Source: Ruditapes philippinarum (lineage: Eukaryota). Taken from it: a stretch of 64,000 nt of DNA. Position numbers and translations under genes: made by a program. Under the pieces are notes generated by a model. That model saw nothing but the letters and a program-made list of their open reading frames with translations. It searched no databases and had not been told where the DNA came from. The DNA is taken from positions 62,001 to 126,000 of the forward strand of contig NW_026864902.1 in NCBI RefSeq assembly GCF_026571515.1, given 5' to 3'. Within the stretch, counting starts at the first letter, position 1. Each line of letters starts with the position of its first letter. This document shows, piece by piece, positions 13,781 to 29,171 of this stretch.

Positions 13781-16700
13781 AAATGAAACGATTAAGACTT
13801 CTGAAAAGGATTGACGTAAAAGCAAATATAATAATAACGTTAGATCATTGCATGTATAAAATCTGGAAACAAAGTGTTGTGGTTGTTGTGGCATCAAAAT
13901 ACGTCTTATAATTACTTTCATCATTTAATGCATTATCTAATTGAATGCATCTAACAACCATCAACATACATTTATAAAACAAAATACAATTTAACAAATT
14001 TCAGCAGCTTTATATGAATACTGTCACACAAAAGTGCAGATGGGGGTAAAATAAAAAGAAATAATTTACAGAAAACACAGCCGTAACGGAAGTGAAGACA
14101 TGAGCATTTATCAAATAAACAAGATGTACTGTTAACAATGTTTTGCTTTTTGCTATCAACTAATGCCTACGAATCTCGCTGGTCCATTTGTACAGGATAT
14201 TGCTACTTAATTTTCTTCATTTAATAGTTCTGGTTAATTTGTTTCAAATACTTAAACACAACGTACTTCCTCATTTAACTTTTCTCAAATTAGGCCCCCA
14301 GTTGTCTCGAACTAATCTCAGCCAAAGCACTTATGAATAATTGATATTGTTAAAAAATGACCAACACAGATGCAGACATACGTCAAAAAGCAAGGTTTCT
14401 ATGAACAATTGATATTGTTTTCTTAAAACAAGATGACCAACATACATAGATGTTGAATTATTTGCCCGAAAAGTTTAAATAGTTTATAATGATAATATTC
14501 TACTCTCTTTCTTGTGTTACCAATAGATTTAAACATCATCTTCCTTTAACGCTTTGTAAGCAATTTCATATATGATAACTTACTTTTATTGTATTTTGTT
14601 TATCTCTTTCTAGTATTGCTAGTAAATATATCATTCCTTTAATATTGTCCACATCCTTTTAAATTATTGTGTTCATGCTGTGTGTTGTATAGGCTCCTTT
14701 GACCGGGTGTATACCGATGTTAATTCTTGTTTTCAATTTGTATATTTTTGTTTAGTATTTTAAAATATGACTTACTTGTATTAATTAAAAAAACATGAAT
14801 AAATAAATAATTCATGGGAAATACTTTGTATAATGTATCACATAAAGTCTATATTTAAGTACAACGTTAACCATAAGTAACTATATTTCTACCGTTTTAC
14901 AATATCACAGTTATATAGAATATAGAATATATAACCTTCGCGTTCACACAAAAATATTCATTTTTTTTCTGTACTTGTTATTCTAACAGGGTCAAAATGT
15001 TTAAGTTGCGCATTAAAATGAGGAAATGGAACGACACTATGTATGCATCAAACCATTCATCTAAATATTGCATGTTGATTGAAGTTTAGGCAAAACTGCA
15101 AAGAGGAAGGAAGCAATAACAAATAATAATACATTTAATGGTGATAATTGGATTGGATTCCTACTGGTAATCATTATCGACTGCAATCATCCTTAACATG
15201 TCTTTAACCTTTCTTGCCTCCTTTAGCGTTACTCCAGTGATCATCATTCATGTCAATCTTAAAGTATCATGGGTGACGTTTCGATTATATGATCCCCAGT
15301 ATTTTTTCAAGCCCTGAGACTTAAAGAGAAAAGTATACTTCTTCTAAAAAGAATAAAATGACAAAGGGATTTTAAGTGCAGATTCTCAGTTCATATAATC
15401 ATAAATTATTGAAAATAACCTGACCAAGAAATAATCTGCATTTGATAAGGAGATTGAACAGCGGGATGTGAGTCAATATCTTATTAAATGGGTAGACATA
15501 TCAAAGGCTGTAAATGCTTACATAAGATTGTTTATTGTTCTTCATATAACACTTTTTTGTTGTTAAACATTTTCAATTTTGCCGTGGTGGGATTCTGTAT
15601 TTATCTGTTTCAGAAAATCGTAATCAAAATAAATACAGATAAGAACAAACATGTATGTCAACGGTACATGTGTATGGTACACTTAAAATATTTATTATAA
15701 ATCTGTTTATATATCTCTACATATTGTAACACCATACTCTTAATGTATAAATGACATGCACAAACACGAATGACAGAAAAAAATAATTTGTATCAGAATC
15801 GAGTTACTTTCGTTATTCCAATTGTGTCCTGATTAACTATGTATCTTAAAGGAATTTAAAATAATGCAGGTTAGCAAACGCGTATCTTAAATCAATAAAA
15901 AGCTCCAGATCAATATACTCTCATAATAACCATGTACCTAGATTCTTTATCAATGATGCACGAATAACAAAAATTTAAATGACAGATACAAATCATTAGT
16001 ATATGACCTCGACAAACAAAATGTATCTGATGTAGTGCAAATATATGAAACGGGTTTTATGTTACGCCTTTTATATATCATCCAAGTTTAATCATTGTTC
16101 AGGGTTATGGATATTTACCGTACGATATCATCTGAATGGGCGTTATAATTGTTAGATATTTTCCATTTTTTATTTATGATATCGGTTATCGGTTTCCAAA
16201 CACTTTCAGCACGATGAGCAAAACATAATGATGAAAATACAAATCATCTTAATAAAGAATGCATGGTTATAGTTTTAGTTATAATCATTTGTATTACCAG
16301 GCCCCGTTAAATATTACTAATTAGGGATATACCGAAAATCTCTTGTATTATGAAGGCTCGGGTCATCGGGACTGGACAAAAGTGGTCTTATTTTCGGGGT
16401 GGTCTTAAATATTAATATTCTTATCATTTTTTTAAAATGGTCTATATGGCGTGTATGTATATAATATAAGAAACACTCATATAAGTTCATCATTTTTTCA
16501 AGATAGCTTATCTTTATCTAAAAACTTACTCATTTTGTGTCGGAAACAAAGATATTAAATTTGATAATATTGAAAATATTGTCAGTGACAAAATTTTGAA
16601 CTAAGACTTTGTATCTAACTAAAGCTGTTATTACGAGGATTGCTTGTTTTGTCCGAGAAATCGTTAATATTGTCAGAAAATGTTCAAGTATTAGTAATCA

Positions 16701-18249
16701 CACGAGCTACAGGTAAGCGAACTTAAAATGTTCTAACAATTTTTAGTCACAAATGATACAATCACATGTTAATGAAACGAAATTAAACATACGGTAAATG
16801 TGTTGCGGGAAATAGTTACATTAACACCGACGGAGGTTAATAGTTTTCGTGACATTTAATAATTTCTTTGAACAGACATAATAAAACCCAGTCTGCAATG
16901 TTCATGCAATTTTGCTGCTTCTTATGTTTCCGAGGGATTTCTTGTTTCACGGTTTTGTTTTCAAAACATTCGTTGCGATTCGACGTTTAGTTTTGTAAAG
17001 AAAAAACAAAGACAAAATCATAAAAAAACAATGGCAACGTTTCAAGATTGTCTTAAAACATTCGATTTGATTCGACTCTTGGTATTGTAAAAAAGCAAAA
17101 ACAAAGAAGTTATCAAGACAATGGTATAAGGACGTGACATGTGATGGTTTAGTGGTTTTAATGCAAGTCAGCAATATTTTCTACATTTGTGTCATTAAAG
17201 TACTTGAAGTACTATAAAATCACATTTAGTGTTTATATGATACATTTGATTTTGTAGACGTCGTTCCTGTATTTGTACACATTCGCTGAAGTCCAATAGG
17301 GCATTCGTTCCGTCAAAAAATCGTTTTCTCTATTTTACAGACTACCATTGAAAGGATAAATGCAGTTCTTTTAAGACACTTAACATTTATTGATTTTATA
17401 TCTACGTGTAAAAGAAACTTCTTGGACAAAACTGCGTGATCAAAAAATGTATCAGAAAAATATACTTAATGTCCTAATGGTATATATGAGGACAAAAATA
17501 ATATCACATGGTGATATACGTAAGTTCTGAGCATAATCATTTGCAAACAAGATTTAAGCAAATTCAATACAAAGTATAAAATATACTCATCATGATAATT
17601 TGTATTCAATTAATATATAAAACTGAAGAATTTAATTAGCATAACAACAAACACATCAATATCTTAATTAATTTTATTTAAAAAGAATGATTACCTATGT
17701 AATTGTTTTCAATAAACATATATTTTTTCTCGTAAGCGTAATTAGTTTTAGGTGTCAGGTTTGATTTGGTAAATTCTATAGTTCATGCATTTGATAGTAG
17801 AACTAAAATACACTATTATCTTTTTATGTACTTTTAAACTAATAAACTCATAAAGGTCGACTGTTATCTTTTCAGTGTCAATGGTTAACGTATAGGTGTT
17901 CAGAAACTAATTTAATCTAAGCGCTAAAATTATTTTACGTTTTAGTTATCGTTTTCAGAAAAACAAAAAGAAATTCCTTTAAAATTGTTGACATGGTTGT
18001 GTAATGCTTTAGTATTTTCAACTAAATATTATAGATTAAATTATTACATGAGTTCAATACAATGTAAGTCAATATTTGTAGCATGTACATGTTAGTGTAT
18101 GGGGCCATCAGGAACATCCATCGTACTCTTTTAATATATGTTTACACTATGCAACTAAATCGGCCAACATATTAAGAAATAAGGAATCAGTCAAGGTCAA
18201 TATATCACAAAATTAACTACTGTTATGAATAATACTCTTATTGAATAGA

Positions 18250-21200
18250 AAATGGAAATAGCGTATCTACCTCTTTCTACAAACGTGCCTTTCTTTATAT
18301 AAGAACGAAATTTAAACGTGTGTAAATATCCTTTATCTACCTAAGGTACATACAAATGTATGAATAAATACGTTATCTGACTCAATAAAAGAAATCTTCA
18401 GTTAGCCTTCTTTTTGAGAAGAGATTACTAGACACATAATCACGTATAAGGCATTGAGTAAACATAAAAATCGCTTTCGTCTTGGTTGTTGCCAAGAATA
18501 TATATATATATATATGAAAATGTTGACAAATTAAACACTTAGCATAATCATCTGAATGATGCATCTAAAATCGATAAAACACCCTTAACTGAAATAACAT
18601 TTTAAAACGTAATCTTGTTAATATTAGAAGTACTCAAGAAGGCTAAATGTTTATTCAATCCCGCAGAAGAACCATGCAATAAGCTATTACATTTTACAGA
18701 CAAAGGCTGGTGATTCTTGATACGATTAGAAATATAAATTGAGCAATTTGGGGTGAAATTTTTCTTTCGAGTATCTTGGAAATTACAATATATTTAACTA
18801 CCCTGTCCAAAAATAGACATGTACCATTAATATTCCTTACCTTTATCTTGTTTGGGCAAGACATAAATCTTTGACAATAGGACTGTTTTACAGGGTTGTC
18901 ATACTTTTCCTAATAAAAATAGGAAAGTATAATAACAGATTGGTTTCGGTTCTCAAGGCCTACCTCAGTGACACTAGTACCGATTCGTACGATTGATCGT
19001 TCCTGTAAAGGGCATACTGTACTCGTCAGTAAATTTTATTATGCTTTAAATAAAGATAACAAAAAAGCGCATTCCCGAGAGAAGTACATAATATGTAGTA
19101 AATTGTTAAATTTAATAACATGAAAATGTCTCCATAGATAACTTCATATGGCTTTAAATAACGCGTCGAGAAAACCATATGTAATTATTTTCCTTGATAT
19201 CTCATTTTTAGAAAAAGTGTTCAATAGAAAACAAGTTAAGTGACTACGTAAATTATCGTCTTGAAACATGGTAACATTTTCTTAGGAAGAAGACATACAG
19301 AGGAGGTCTTATGACACGCTTATACTCAGCCTGTTTGTGGTTATAGTCAGGAAGGCAAATAAAAATTACTGATTAAACTGTACTCTTTTTCTGTGGCAGT
19401 ATTTCTTATGTCGTGCTTTATAATTAAAGGCCCATTTTGCCGTAGAAATATTGTTATTACTTTTATATTTATTGGTATCTTGTAACAGTTTCTTTCCATA
19501 AAATATTACTAATTTGCCATATACATGAATAATCTTTTGCTTCTTTTGCTCTTTCGGCAATTAGTTTGATAGAAGTGAATAAGTTTTTTGTATGTAAGTC
19601 AAAATACTACTTTGTTTACATTTTGCTGCATTTACGACGCATTACTGCACATTCAGCGCTATTTTTACCAGCTGTTTAACATGTAACATGCTTTAAATCC
19701 ATAACTAAAACATTGTTAATACACATGTTTGACATTTCTAAAAAAATTAATAGATAATTTTATATTTCTGAGGCATAATGTACCTTTAACTAATATAGCG
19801 GAACAAAATGGTATACTTATGATAAAAATATCGGCTCAAAATTCTGAAATATTTTACATCAGCTACAGTTGTCCCGTTTGTTTTTATGGCGACAATATTA
19901 TAAGAACTATATCACATTTAAAAGGCTTTAATATAGTTGTGATAAACTTGCCAAGCGACATGATCACAGCTGAATGGGGTTCTAACGCTTGCGAAACGCT
20001 TGCAATACATAAGTTAACGCATTGTTTAGAAATAAAAGCGACATAAAAATACATTCATATACAGGTACATGAGAAGTACAAACCACAAGAACTAAAACAA
20101 ATACACATTGTATACGATAAGGTTTTAAGATAAAACATTATTTTCCAAATGAATCACTTACATTAAAATACATTTACATTAAATGTTTTAACTTCCGTTA
20201 TAAACTATGTCACCATACACAGCATTTTATGCTTTATAAAAAGATAGACACGCCAAATTAAAACATAAGATCAATAAGATCCGCTATTCTAACTTCAAAA
20301 AATAAAAAAGGAACGTAACTACAATTGATGCATATGATGTCTTAATTTGATATTGTTTTAGTTCGAAAATCATAACAAGATCACGGCAAGCGGAGCTATT
20401 TAGCTGAATGATTTTTCCAACAAGTATGTTTGTCAATGAGTTAAAAACTCAACCAATGTATGAATAATTGTTATTAGTTACTATCTTCTTCAGTTTCAGT
20501 GCAAAATGATGCCTTCCTGTTATGTTTGCATTCATTAAAAAATTTGACCTCAAAATATTCTCTTGAATAATTCAATTGGTTACGCAATCGGTTATCGACC
20601 TTACCAATTGCATTATATTAGGCTTTAACTGCTCTAACCGGAGATATCAATGGCAGCTGTTATTACACATGTTATTCAAACAGTAAATGAGAATAATTGT
20701 TTTGATAAATGTGTTAATGCTATGATTGGAAATTATTTAATCTTCTTAGAGTTGTTCTTGTGTGAAATGGGTGTAATCTTTATTTTTTGTGACATTATGC
20801 TCATATTTAAACTTTGAAAAAGTTGATTATGGCAAAAAAATAAACCAATAGTTGATATTGAAATTGTTATATAAAAGAATGCCCAACTCTGTTTGAAAAT
20901 TGAATGGTTAACGTAAATTTAAATGGATAATTATAGAAATTTTCATGGGCTTCATGAGTATAATTATACGAAGTTATTTATAAAATTGAAAGGGATTATG
21001 GCAAAATGTAAAGTTTAAATATTGACTTTTACCTATTAACTCACTTAACATCATTGGACGAACATGAATTCTCTTTTAACTTGTTATTTATTATTACTTA
21101 ATGTTAAACAAATAGATAAATAAACACAGATGGGATTATAATGCTTCAATTGTTATTCTTAAATAATGAGAACGTGACGTGTTTGTAATAGTAATGCTAA

Positions 21201-22560
21201 TAACAAAAACAAAACGAGTTTAACAGCAAATAAAAAGAGTGCCGTGTGAGGAAATATAGTACTTTTAGATCATGACATGTTCATTATAGATAATTATGAT
21301 ATCTTGAAACGTCTTATAATGAATTTTACTATTTTATGCAATACTTCATTAAACGTATTTAACAACCTTCCACATATATTTACAAAACCAATTTGAAACA
21401 TGATTTATTGAAACATCATTGATTCAATACTGCTGTCGTTTTAAACATTAAAGTTATATTCTCCAAAAGCAGCCATAGAAAGTACTAGGATAACGTTATG
21501 ATTACCCTAGCAATGCAATATACGTTTGAAAATGTATGTATCCGTGAGTTGTTTTTTCTTATACACTTTACATGCATTTATGCAAATTGTCTCAGTATAT
21601 TGATGCCATTATTTTGTTGTTCGAAGAAGAACTTTATAAGATTTCATATAATTATTTCGTTTCTTATCCATTTCAACATCGTACTTGTATAATCATATTT
21701 AATGCATGTATATTATATACTGTGTATGTTTATGAAAACAAAACATTTAGACTAAAGCCAATTGAACAAATTTCATCTTTATTTTAAAATTATTACAAAT
21801 ATGTACTGAAGAAGATAATTAAGTAAACTTCTACACACCGCAAAACACATATGTGACATAAAACGAAGGATGTGATTGTTTATTTATTTAATAAGCAATA
21901 TGAACTTTTACAATAATTTGCTGTTTACATATGCTTTCTGGTCCAGCCTAACCTTATTTAATTTTCTTTATGTAATGTACTTTATGCAATAATTGTGTTA
22001 CAAATACTCTAACAATATGACTGTACATTTCCATTCAACTTCTGTAATTCAAAAATTGGGTCCCGAGGTATCAAGAGACATTCGCCAAAACATTTAAGTA
22101 AGGTTCCTATAAATAATTGATATTGTTTTCTTAAAATATAGAAGACACACATAGATATTGAACTTGTATGATAGGTTACAGCAACTTAGAATATTATCTC
22201 AACTCCATCGATTTGGTACCCATGAATTTAAAAACTTTGTCTTTAAAACAGCTCTGTTATTTACGCTTAGTTTACATGTTTATCAATAATAACTTAATAT
22301 GTTGATTTATTCTATATAGTTTACCTCTATCTAGTACAATGTATTTCTTTCAACAAAAATCTGGCTATTATCAACACATTAAAAATAGTTTAGGGGAAAT
22401 GCTCAATACCAAATGAAATATGTATGTTTCAGTAATTAAAAGATTGTAGATAAGTTACTGTACTTAGGTTTAAATATAATGTACGGTCACAAAATACCAT
22501 TAGTAAGATATTGTTTATCGGTTTCACTTTTACAACGTCTAAATTTTATGTACTTAACAT
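18250..22560 (+). repeat. Older, more diverged internal paralog of the 10980-14900 / 47700-51030 unit
   Basis: Shared anchors TGAATAAATACGTTATCTGACT (18361/47723), ATAACAAGATCACGGC (20372/12646/57903), CAATCGGTT.TCGAC (20585/12824/49522), AATTGATATTGTTTTCTTAAAA (22115/14407). Confidence 0.75.
18841..18909 (-). pseudogene. 69-nt phase 0-0 exon, EKYDNPVKQSYCQRFMSCPNKIK (C-x2-F-x2-C family)
   Basis: Acceptor TTTCCTATTTTTATTAG and donor AAG|GTAAGG, open frame, splice sites conserved in paralog 56117-56191. A 66-nt intron would join it in frame to 18774-18694 (ILERKISPQ...SLCL*). Confidence 0.5.
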
Positions 22561-24786
22561 GATAATACCATACTATGAACTACATCTTATTCGTTTGGTT
22601 AAGATATAAAAATATTAATAAAAATAAGGTCAAAGATTGATTATTCTTTCAAAAAAAATATGTGATAAAAGCACGCCTTAACAGAATTATTGACACTAAA
22701 CCTGAGAGTGTTGTTATTTCCGGTTAGTGCATGGACAGCTTATTGAGTTTGTTTACTAACACATGTAGCAAAATAAAAATATTAAACAAACCACGTATAA
22801 ATCATGTCAATAAAGCAACCTTTGATTATGTTTGCAGGGCTCTCAGCGCAATTACTTTACATGCCATAGAAACTGAACACAAATCAAAGAAGTAATATAT
22901 AACAGTTAACCCGGTTTATTGCGCAGCCTAGACGTACCTCATACTTATCGAGTTGTGTTTCGTGTTTCAAGTTTATTTGATTATCTCAGTATGCATACAA
23001 ATACGTGTATATTCCCAAAATGTTGTGTGTCAATTTTAGGCTAACGTGAACGCAGAGAAAACAAATTATGTATCACACCATTCTCAAAGCTAAGTTCTCA
23101 ATACAAGCTCTATTATAAATCAATGTACATATTATAAAAGAAACAATTATATGAATTTGAAAGATAACTTATTTTTATTTACAAATTGGTTTCGTAAACA
23201 AAGATATTACGTACATTTTGTATTATATATTTTCCCTCCGGCTCAGAACTCAGAACTCGAAAAACGATTATATAAAAATATAACTGAACTGGAAAAAAAA
23301 CCAACAGATAATCAAATGCTTTTGTTGATTGCTAACGAAACAACAGTTGAATTTGTAATAGATGATCATATGAACTTGTATTAAAATTTTCTTGAATGCA
23401 AAAAAAATCTAATAAACAAACAACAACAACAACAACAACAAAATCCCAATTAAATAACGTTTACTTGAAAAATAATTTGGCTCTGATAACAAGTATTTTT
23501 ATCAGCAGAACATTCATCATAGTTGATAAAATATGTCATGAGAGATTTTTGTCATAAAATATTTCATGTTTTCGAATCGTTAGAAATATTTACAAATATA
23601 TTGCTTTCATCCATATCAATCTTACGAATAAACAGTTTTGTTCATGATTTCTCTCTCATTTTTTACAAAAAAGCAGATAATATATAAATTATTCTAAAGT
23701 TCTATTCATCGAAAAATCTTGCGTAAACATGCTCCAAGATTTTTTTCGTCACACAAAAACTGCAGGTTGTTGTTATTGTGATGTACAATACATTCTATAA
23801 TTGCCAATTCCAGACAACCTTGAGTAAATTATATTAACATCATTGTTATTACTGTCGGAAAGAGCTTTATTCGATGTTATCCTCCTTCAAGTATTACGTC
23901 ATTAATTGCGAATAAGAAAGACAGTTTATTACAATGGTCTTCATCTTTTACTTGATCATCGCATTCATGCATTACTTTAGAGGTAAAAATAAAAAAATAT
24001 AAAGTTATTGACACTTCTCCGACTTCACTTAATAACCTAATTACACTCTTAAACTCTTGAGATCTTGTAAGATTATCTTGTAAGTTATTAAAACACAATG
24101 ACAGATAATGTTACGCTGTTTTTATAGCAAAAAAAAATCTATAAAACATTTATAAGTTCAGAATAATGAGAATACATCAAAATATAGATTTGTAACTACA
24201 GTACTGTATCTTATTCAGTAAAGGCCGAATATTCTCCTCCTGAAATGCTTTTACTTTTTAAAATTTTAGTCTGTGTACTGTAATAGTTTAAATGAAACAC
24301 TCATTGGCAAATAACATATTACTATATATTACAGTAATAGTGATTTAATATTTTTATAGGGTCAAAATACTACTTTGTTTGCAATTTTCTATTTTTGTGA
24401 CAAGAGAAGGTCAAAACACTTTCTCAGTCATTATGTGCCTTTAAATTAATGAACTGGCTTCTTAAACATAGTCTTAGTTCTGTCCATGAACAGGCTCAAT
24501 CAAACCGAGCCTGCAACATTTTACAATTTTGCCGTGTTGGGCTTTCTTTAGGGATTCTGTTTTCCACTATTTTGCTAATTATGAAGTGTACCACACTTCC
24601 CTTTCTTTCCCTATCTTCAAATCAACAATGACCTTACTTGAACGTCACTCAACATCCAAAACATGTACGCACATGACATTGTGATTATTAAAAGAATAAG
24701 AGAAAAGGATTATTTTAAGAATTCATTAAAACATATTTTTTACATATTAACAAAAAATGTTGTTAGACCACGAAATTATAACTTAC

Positions 24787-24862
24787 ACTTCTCTTGTATT
24801 TCTTTGATTTTATTTCATTGTCAAATATAAGAATCTTTATACATCTTCGACGTATTTAATTC
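24787..24862 (-). pseudogene. Decayed C-x2-F-x2-C family exon (ELNTSKMYKDSYI*Q*NKIKEIQEK)
   Basis: TTCAG acceptor and GTAAGT donor. The Cys positions read TAT and TGA, each one change from TGY. NKIK is shared with 18841-18909. Further donor and acceptor sites follow at ~24637 and 24511. Confidence 0.3.
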
Positions 24863-25667
24863 CTGAATATTCCAAAATTACATCAAACGACTCCTATATG
24901 AATAAAGGTTTTATGTTCCAACAACACTTTATGTCATTGTCAAGTCTTTTACGTTGATAGATTAAGTGCTGTACAAGCGAAAATATGTCAAATTAAATTA
25001 AAAACGGCAACACCTGTGAAAGAATTGCTAAGTGTCCAGCTCACGTATGTCATTTTCAACAAGTGAAGCGGTCAGACTTACTGACCTTGACAAAAGCTTT
25101 GGAAAAAAGTAAATGATGGGACATACATTCCACGCATTAGAACAATACAAAGGCTTGCCACAAATGAAAAGTGCACTTTGTATCTATTGTACATACGAGA
25201 TTACATAGTATGTTACACATATAAAAGTTTAATACATTATGAAACAAACTAATATGTTAGTGAGCCATGTGCACATGATCAACTTTTATTTTATTTTTAG
25301 CTTGATCTAAGAGCATGGGTTATCATAAGAATCTATTACGGAGGAGTAATGTTTTGAGTATTTATATTATATTGTATGTTATCGGATAAATGTTTCAGAC
25401 CTGTTCAATGGCTTCTGATTTGCTTTATTTCATTGCAAATAAACATTGCTTGCATGGAAAAGAAAGGAGTATAATATTATCATATTTCGAACCTTCTCAA
25501 GGTAAAACCTCTTGAAACCCCATAACAAAAAAGGAATTATAGCAAAGTAAATAACTTGGTCGAAGTTAAAACAATTTAAGTCATGTGGGAAACTTTATTA
25601 GGATATAAACACAATATGTTCCATATAAAGAAGACATTTAGAGACAAAATATGCAGAACAAATAAAG

Positions 25668-26968
25668 AACAAGCGATTATCATAGTATTGCAAGCAATCC
25701 ATAAGTCCCCTACCGGTTAGAACCCCATCAACATTCTGAAGGGCCATTGGCCATTCACTAGTGTTTCAATTTTTCTCTATTTTAAGTAAATTTGTTGGAA
25801 AAGTTCTTTAAAAGTGATCACAGGAAACAGTTTTTATGAACAGACAGACAGACAGACGGACTGAAGGACACTCTAAAGTTAATATATGAAACATCCCTGT
25901 TACCAAAATATAGCATTTTAAAAGCAAAATTCTTAAAGAGGAGATAACTCTTGAATTAAAGATACAATTTCATAAAAAATTTCAGCTCTTTTTGACTTAT
26001 CACAAATATTGTTATAATTGCCATGTTTTAAGCATATTTGTTGCCAAGGCAACTGATATTTTTTCAAAATAGGAAGAACAGATAAGACATGCATAATCTC
26101 AAGACTGCTATCTACCCATATGTCAAGTTTCATAAAAACATTTCCAGTACTTTTTGAGTTATCACTGGATTCAGTTTATGTGTAAAATTTGCCATATTTT
26201 CAGTGTATGTGTTGCCATAGCAACCAGAATTTTCAACATAGGAAGAAAAGAAAAAAAACGTGCATTATCTCAAGACTGCCATCTACCCATATGTTAAGTT
26301 TCATAAAAATATTTCCAGTACTTTTTGCGTTATCGCTGGATCCAGTTTATGTGTAGAATTTGCCATATTTTCAGCCTATTTGTTGCCATAGCAACCAGAA
26401 TTTTCAACATAAGAAGAAAAAAAAACGTGCATTATCTCAAGACTGCCATCTACCCATATGTCAAGTTTCATGAAAATATTTCCAGTACTTTTTGCGTTAT
26501 CACTGGATCCAGGTTATGTGTAAAATTTGCCATATTTTCAGCCTATTTGTTGCCATAGCAACCAGAATTTTCAACAAAGGAAGAAAAGAAAAAAACGTGC
26601 ATACTTTCAAGACTGCCATCTACCCATATGTCAAGTTTCATAAAAATATTTCCAGTACTTTTTGCGTTATCACTGGATCCAGTTTATGTGTAAAATTTGC
26701 CATATTTTCAGCCTATTTGTTGCCATAGCAACCAGAATTTTCAACATAGGAAGTAAAAAAAAAGACGTGCATAATCACCATACTGCCATCTATCCATATA
26801 CCAAGTTTCATAAAAATATTTTCAGCACTTTTCAAGTTATCGCGGGATCCAGTTTTGTGGACGGACGGACTGACGGACGGACAGACAGACGGACAGACGG
26901 ACGGACAGACGGACAGACGGACGGAGGGTAAACCTAAAGTCCCCTCCGGTAAACCGGTAGGGGACTAA
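25668..26968 (+). mobile_element. Helentron-associated non-autonomous element (HINE/pearl-like) with ~170-bp tandem cores
   Basis: AACAAG start, subterminal AGTCCCCTACCGG (~25705), cores starting at 26098, 26269, 26436, 26606 and 26776, (GACG/GACA)n at ~26859-26925, 3' palindrome AGTCCCCTCCGGTAAACCGGTAGGGGACT. Empty A-rich site at ~59670-59690. Confidence 0.92.
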
Positions 26969-28971
26969 TAAGTATTTCAGCAGTAACAAATAAAAACATT
27001 TTTTTAGGAACTGTTTTAGTTACACGGAACCGCAATCATCTCACATTTAAAAATAATGGAATGAAACAAACGTAGTTGCATTCATTGCTGTGACTTAAAA
27101 AGAATAATGTCACACATAGACGCTTGGAGCAAATGTCTCCAAATCTATATCTTATATTTTTTGGTAGATAAATTTTAGTATTCATAATTGGTCAAAGTTG
27201 TCAATAATAGTGAAGACATCAATTTCTGCATCAGCTATTTCAATAATTATCCAACAAGAAAAGTAAGTCATTTTTCTAACCCTTTAAGTGATTTTCGCAT
27301 TTATTCCTAAAAGCTGGTGTCTGCATCAAACAGTAAATAAATAGTTTTCTATTTGCTCAATCCAATAAACATTTGTATACAACTATACACATATGCAATA
27401 CATATAATGCAAACACAAATCTGTATATCAACATTTATGTTAGGGAACCATTTTATGATTGCTCCGAACAATATCTTAAAATATTAATTGAACATATACA
27501 AACGTAACACATAAGTTAAAATTCATATAGGCTTAACCTATACAATCAGACATACACTCATATTATATTTATTTATTTATTATTGTCAATTATTTATTTA
27601 ATTATTTTGCTCTTTTGTGAGCAATTTGTGGAAAATTGGTGGCTGACATCGCAGTTGTATTTTTATCATGACCCTGTGTTTAAAATGACATGTTCACTCC
27701 AATGGCAACATAATATTATTTTTAAATTGGCTATTCATTAGTATTATAAATAACCTATTTGAACTTAGTATCATACCACTTATAGCCATGTGAATACTTT
27801 TCACATTGTACTTTTAATGTTTTCATTGAGGAAACAGTTGTTTCGGGGTCGATTAATAAAACCCATTACTCACGCATCACAGCGTGTCAAATAAGAGACA
27901 GCTGTCTGTAAAAACGTTTCAAGTGTTTTATTTTTATCCATTATGATTGTGGCAATATACAACAGAAACATGTGTATTGATATTTCATTGTGTTAAAGTT
28001 ACAAAAACACATTTCGTGAGAATCAGTCATCTGTTCAAAATCATCTGTATAAAAAAAAAATTATGTTATGATAGAGTGTAGCTTTTAAAATCTATATATG
28101 GTCAATAAAGAAGATCGGAGAGCCCTTGACCTATTTCATCAAGTAACATAATGCCTTTTCCTACAAAATTCTGCATAATTGAATGTTTTCCTTTATTGAA
28201 TGCCCTTTAACCCGTTCGAGTTTTTGTTTCGTATCCTGGCGGTAGACTTGTGTTGCTATGTTTGTTTGGGGATGCATTCATTAAATGACACCCTTCGTTT
28301 TTAAAATTTATTTTGAATGCTGCTCTTAAACTATTAAATTACAGTCAGTTGATAAAAAATGTTGGGCTTACCATAATCAAGTCAAGTTTCGTACAATACA
28401 TTTACTCTAAATGTAAAATTTGAAACTTCAAAATACGCAAACGATTGACTAAAGTTAATGGTAACATTAACCTATTTCAATCCAATACCATTCATGTACC
28501 TTTACTTTTCAAAAGAAATAGATAGTTCGATGCCATTTTGCTTGAACTACTGTGACTCTAATGATTGAATTTAATTGGCCTTTAAAAGAATAAATCAACT
28601 TACCGAAAGAAACATGATCGTTTTAATGATGCTATTATACAAATTCAATTTATCTAAAAGACTTGTAAAAACAATATTTTTATCATATGCTTGACGATGT
28701 TTTTCACGGTCATGTTCACTTAGTAACTAAATCAGACACTTTTAATTACATCGTTTGTAACAATTCAAAGAAAAAAGAAGGGATTTATGTGAAAATTCTC
28801 TTTCAATTAATGAAATTATTTGTCTTGAATGCTTTATACGCTTTAAAAGACACATAAAACTAATGTTTTATATAGGCTTTGTTAAACTTGTTCGTATGGA
28901 AAAAAAGATAACTCAGTATAGATAGTGACAGCTCAACAGTCATCATGTGTCAATATCGAGGTCCTAATGAT

Positions 28972-29113
28972 NNNNNNNNNNNNNNNNNNNNNNNNNNNNN
29001 NNNNNNNNNNNNNNNNNNNNNNNNNNNNNNNNNNNNNNNNNNNNNNNNNNNNNNNNNNNNNNNNNNNNNNNNNNNNNNNNNNNNNNNNNNNNNNNNNNNN
29101 NNNNNNNNNNNNN
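28972..29113. other. Assembly gap (142 N)
   Basis: Run of N. Confidence 1.
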
Positions 29114-29132
29114 ACAGTGCTAAAGTATAAAT

Positions 29133-29171
29133 ACCCAAGTACTTTCGGCGTATTATGCCTTCATCAGGGGT
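29133..29171 (-). ncRNA. Minimal type-I hammerhead ribozyme (Penelope-pLTR type)
   Basis: Minus strand reads ACCC CUGAUGA A GGC AUAAUAC GCC GAAA GUAC UU GGGU: complete core, stem I ACCC/GGGU, stem II GGC/GCC, palindromic AGUACU in place of stem III. Confidence 0.8.

Noticed and set aside
26325-26931. Three similar ORFs MRY(R/H)WIQ...
   Set aside because: Translations of the ~170-bp HINE core repeats.
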